DNA of 64,000 nucleotides, taken from the NCBI GenBank assembly GCA_023920165.1, contig CP089279.1, positions 2,046,001-2,110,000 of the forward strand. Direction: 5' to 3'. Position 1 is the stretch's first letter. Each line of letters begins with the position of its first letter. This document shows, one piece after another, positions 60,587 to 64,000 of this stretch. The position numbers and the translations under genes were made by a program. The notes under the pieces are model-generated. The model ran no database searches and was not told where the DNA came from. It saw only the letters and a list, made by a program, of their open reading frames with translations. The DNA comes from Curvularia clavata (Eukaryota).

Positions 60587-61891
60587 ATGGCCGAACAAGC
60601 AACCGAGGAAGATATTCTGCTCGCTAAACGCATCATCTCTGCGGCTGAGCGACATGATGTTCCAGCGTTGAACATCCTGCTCAAGGATGGCTCAGCAAAT
60701 GTTCAAGACCCCACCGCAACAGTAGCAACATCACCACTTCACGCGGCCATTGCGTCGTGCGGAAAAGCAGAGGAAGGCAAAGAGGCAGGCGAAGAGGCAA
60801 TCCAAACTGTGGAAACACTCCTTCAAAATGGCGCCATCTGGAACGATCTCAACAAGGAAGACGAAACCCCTGGATGCATTGCCCTCCGCCTAGGCCAGAA
60901 GAAGATCTATGATATGATGGTCGACGCTGGTGTGCGCGCAGAGCTTCTCTTTGCCCGCATGGAAGCTCTCGGCATGGGCGACAGCGCTGATGAAGTCGAA
61001 GATGACGAGGAGACACGTGACGAGAAGCCTGCAGCCAAGAAGCAAAAGATTTCTGAAGAAGACGCCAAAGCCGTCGAGCAAGTCGTTGAAGAGAAAGTCC
61101 TCGATGACGTATCGCTCGACAACAAGACCTATCTCAAGAGCCAGCTGAGATACAGGCCCGGTATCCTCCTTGACGAGAGCGACAATGCAGTCATGATGGA
61201 CTGGGAGACGCAAATCATGCAGCGCCACGCCGAGACGCTGATTCCCAAGCCAGGACTCCGCACAATGAGTAAGATACTACAATTTAACTTATTTTCAAAC
61301 AGAACTAACTATATCATAAAGACGTCGGTCACGGTATGGGTATCGTGGATACCGCTATTCTAACCCATGACCCCGCGGAACACCACATCATCGAGGCTCA
61401 TCCACAGGTACACCAGCGCCTCCGCGAGCAGGGCTGGTACGACAAGCCCAACGTCAAGATCCACGAGGGCAGATGGCAAGACATCCTTCCTAAGCTAATC
61501 GAACAGGGCGTCGTTCTCGACGCAATCTATTACGACACTTTTGCCGAGGACTACAAGGCGCTCAAGGACTTTTTCTCAGAGTATGTGGTTGCGCTTCTGG
61601 CAAAGGACGGAAAGTTTGGTTGGTACAATGGCCTTGGCGCTGATAGGCAGATTTGCTACGATGTTTACACAAAGGTATGTGTTTGTTGTGACTTCTGACT
61701 AGTTCGCCAAGCCATGTGCTGATGAAACATAGGTTGCGGAGATGGACCTGTACGAGGCCGGCTTCGATACAGAGTGGGAGGATATCAATGTCCCGGCGGG
61801 CTTGCATGGAAGTGACCAGTGGGAAGGCACAAGGAGGCCATACTGGACCATTGATGTGTACAGGCTGCCGGTTAATACGTTTGTTAAGTAG
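60587..61891 (+). CDS. RMT2: Protein arginine N-methyltransferase 2; join(60587..61268, 61322..61674, 61733..61891)
   Basis: Ankyrin-like N-terminus (LLQNGAIWNDL, ETPGC, DAGVRAEL), VMMDWE, NVGHGMGIVD, HHIIEAHP, IYYDTFAEDY, NGLGADRQICYDVY. Confidence 0.93.
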
Positions 61892-62386
61892 ATTGAGCAT
61901 GTGTGTGTTTGAATTGTCTTGGACATGAATAAGAGAGCTGAGCTACTGCCAGTAAATTCGTGGTTTAGATGAAAACACAGGTATCCAGTAGCCTTGACAT
62001 GCTTGAGTGAGACGTTTCTGACTTCTGCGTTGTTGATTTCCATCTTATCCGCACAAACTTTCAAGTCCTCTTTCTTCTTGTCCGCAATTCAAGACATCCA
62101 CAATGTGGTATTTGCACTGCTGGGCACAGTTTTTCATGGACATATGCATTGTCGTGTAGCCGCGTAGTCTTCTAGTGAGGCTGGCACAGTTGCGTGCGCT
62201 CTGTAGCGGCACCGCCTTTATTCTCACCTTCACCTTCACTCTCATCTCAACTGACGTCAAGCTCACTAACGCCATCCGAGCGTTTGCCAGACATAAAGAT
62301 CTGCTCTATCACACTCAATCCTTCTTCCTTCAACTCCAACACAACTCCATATGCGCATGCCGGCGCTTACGAAGACGATATCAGCC

Positions 62387-64000
62387 ATGACCAACACCAC
62401 CAGCAATACCGATTATCAGGACGCTGGTGCCCATGTCACGCCAACACACGTGGATCCAGATGGCGTTACAAAAAACTCTCTGCAGTCTCTGCAATCGGCA
62501 GACCAGCGTAAGGTTATGGACATTGTCGACAAGCTTCGCCGCACTGGCTTGAGTGGTGTGGTCGAACTGCCTCAGCTTATTGTCTGCGGTGACCAGTCAT
62601 CCGGCAAGAGCTCTGTGCTGGAGGCGATCACTGAGATTCCATTCCCTCGCAAGGAAAACCTCTGCACACGCTTTGCTACCGAGGTAAGACCCGCAACACT
62701 TTTGAGTTTGCACTTTTTAACATGAGACAGATCATTCTACGTCGCTCTCCTACTGCGACGAGCACTGTTACGATCACACCCGACAAACAGCGCTCTCAAT
62801 CTGAACAGGCTAAGCTCAAGGAATTCAAGAAGTCGATTCACGATTTCGGCCAACTTCCAGATGTCATTGAAGAAGCCACGCTCGCTATGGGCCTGGGCGC
62901 CGTTGGTACTACCAATTCAAGGGCGTTCTCTCGCGATGTGCTCTCTGTCGAGATCATCGGTCCTGATAGGCCTCAGCTGTAGGTTCCGCTTTCCAAAGCA
63001 TACATATTTGTAGACTGACGTGGTCTAGGACTCTTGTCGATCTCCCTGGTCTCATTCATGCAACCAACAAGGCTCAGACGGAAACAGACAAAGAGTTGAT
63101 CCTTAACCTTGTCACTCAGTACATGAAGAATCCCCGTACCATCATCCTAGCCGTCGTCAGTGCTAAGAACGATTTTGCCAACCAGATCATTCTCGATCAC
63201 TGCCGCAAGATCGATGAGCAAGGCCGTCGCACGCTCGGTATCATCACCAAACCGGACTTCCTTCGAGGGAACCGCGAACGAGCTAAGCTGGATCGAGCTC
63301 GCTCAGAACAAGGGCATATACCTGGAACGCGGCTGGCATATGCTTAAAAACCGTGCTGAAGACCAAATGGATTTCTCTTTTGACGAGCGTAACGAAGACG
63401 AGGCTCTCTTCTTCAGCAAAGGTAGATATGCCGACCTACCTCGTGAGTGTGTGGGTGTCAGATCGCTGCGAGAGCGTCTCAGCAAGGTGCTACTGAATCA
63501 TCTGATCAAAGAGCTGCCTGCGCTTAAGCAAGAGATGATATGCAAACTCCAAACCACAGAGATTGAGATCGCGAAGCTAGGCGAGAAACGCAACACCACC
63601 CATGAGCAGCGCGTTGTCCTCATGAAGATCAGCACGCAAGCCAATGATATCCTAAAGTCTGCCACGAAGGGATACTATGAATCACCTTTCTTTGGTTCCA
63701 TCAATATGAACGCAGCTGTTGACTCTTCTGAGAACATTCGTCGTTTCCGAGTCGTCATCCAGCACCTCAATATGAAGTTTGCCAAAGACATGCGGCTCAG
63801 AGGCCACAAGTACTTGTTAGGGGCAGCCGACGATGATGAGGCAGCAAAGGAGTTGAAGAAGCTGAAGGAGCAAGAAGAATCCGACGATCTGACAGGTCTT
63901 CCAGTGCCCAAAAAGCTTACTCGAGACGAAGCTATTCAGTGGGTCAAGAAGACACTCGAGCGCTCCCGTGGCTACGAACTCCCGGGTACATTCCAGCCTT
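62387..64000 (+). pseudogene. Mx-like dynamin-related GTPase, 5' part, frameshifted at ~63267 (pseudogene or assembly error); exons 62387..62683, 62731..62978, 63029..>64000
   Basis: G1 LPQLIVCGDQSSGKSSVLE, CTRFATE, G3 LTLVDLPG, G4 TLGIITKPD. The conserved GTANELSWIELAQNK...GWHMLKNR...SRGYELPG continues only in the +1 frame, which stays open to the window end. Confidence 0.8.

Overview
Gene-dense eukaryotic DNA from a filamentous ascomycete. Evidence: short GT-AG introns with CTRAC branch points, a Zn2Cys6 factor, AA9-CBM1 and GH76. A Dothideomycete/Pleosporales origin is my inference from gene content. I resolved about 22 protein genes, mostly housekeeping: HMG-CoA lyase, acr-2-like TF, UV endonuclease Uve1, xanthine dehydrogenase, FUBP-like KH protein, Gyp5 Rab-GAP, AA9 LPMO, CENP-S/Mhf1, Pga2, thioredoxin-like membrane protein, Cry-DASH, glutamate decarboxylase, fasciclin, Sec17, GatF-like, Arg5,6, synaptobrevin, Dfg5/Dcw1, Rmt2, an Mx-like dynamin running off the right end with a frameshift, and three orphans. 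There is no intact transposon, tRNA, rRNA or biosynthetic cluster. The most striking unexplained signal is a ~225-nt minus-strand element at 35239-35465. It has a full Pol III-like layout (TATA, A box, B box, T6 terminator), a ~24-bp terminal helix and a pseudoknotted core, and it matches no ncRNA family I can recognise. A second ORF-less region with nested helices and a telomere-template-like 9-mer lies at 14040-15340. All exon coordinates and base pairings were read by eye and should be verified.
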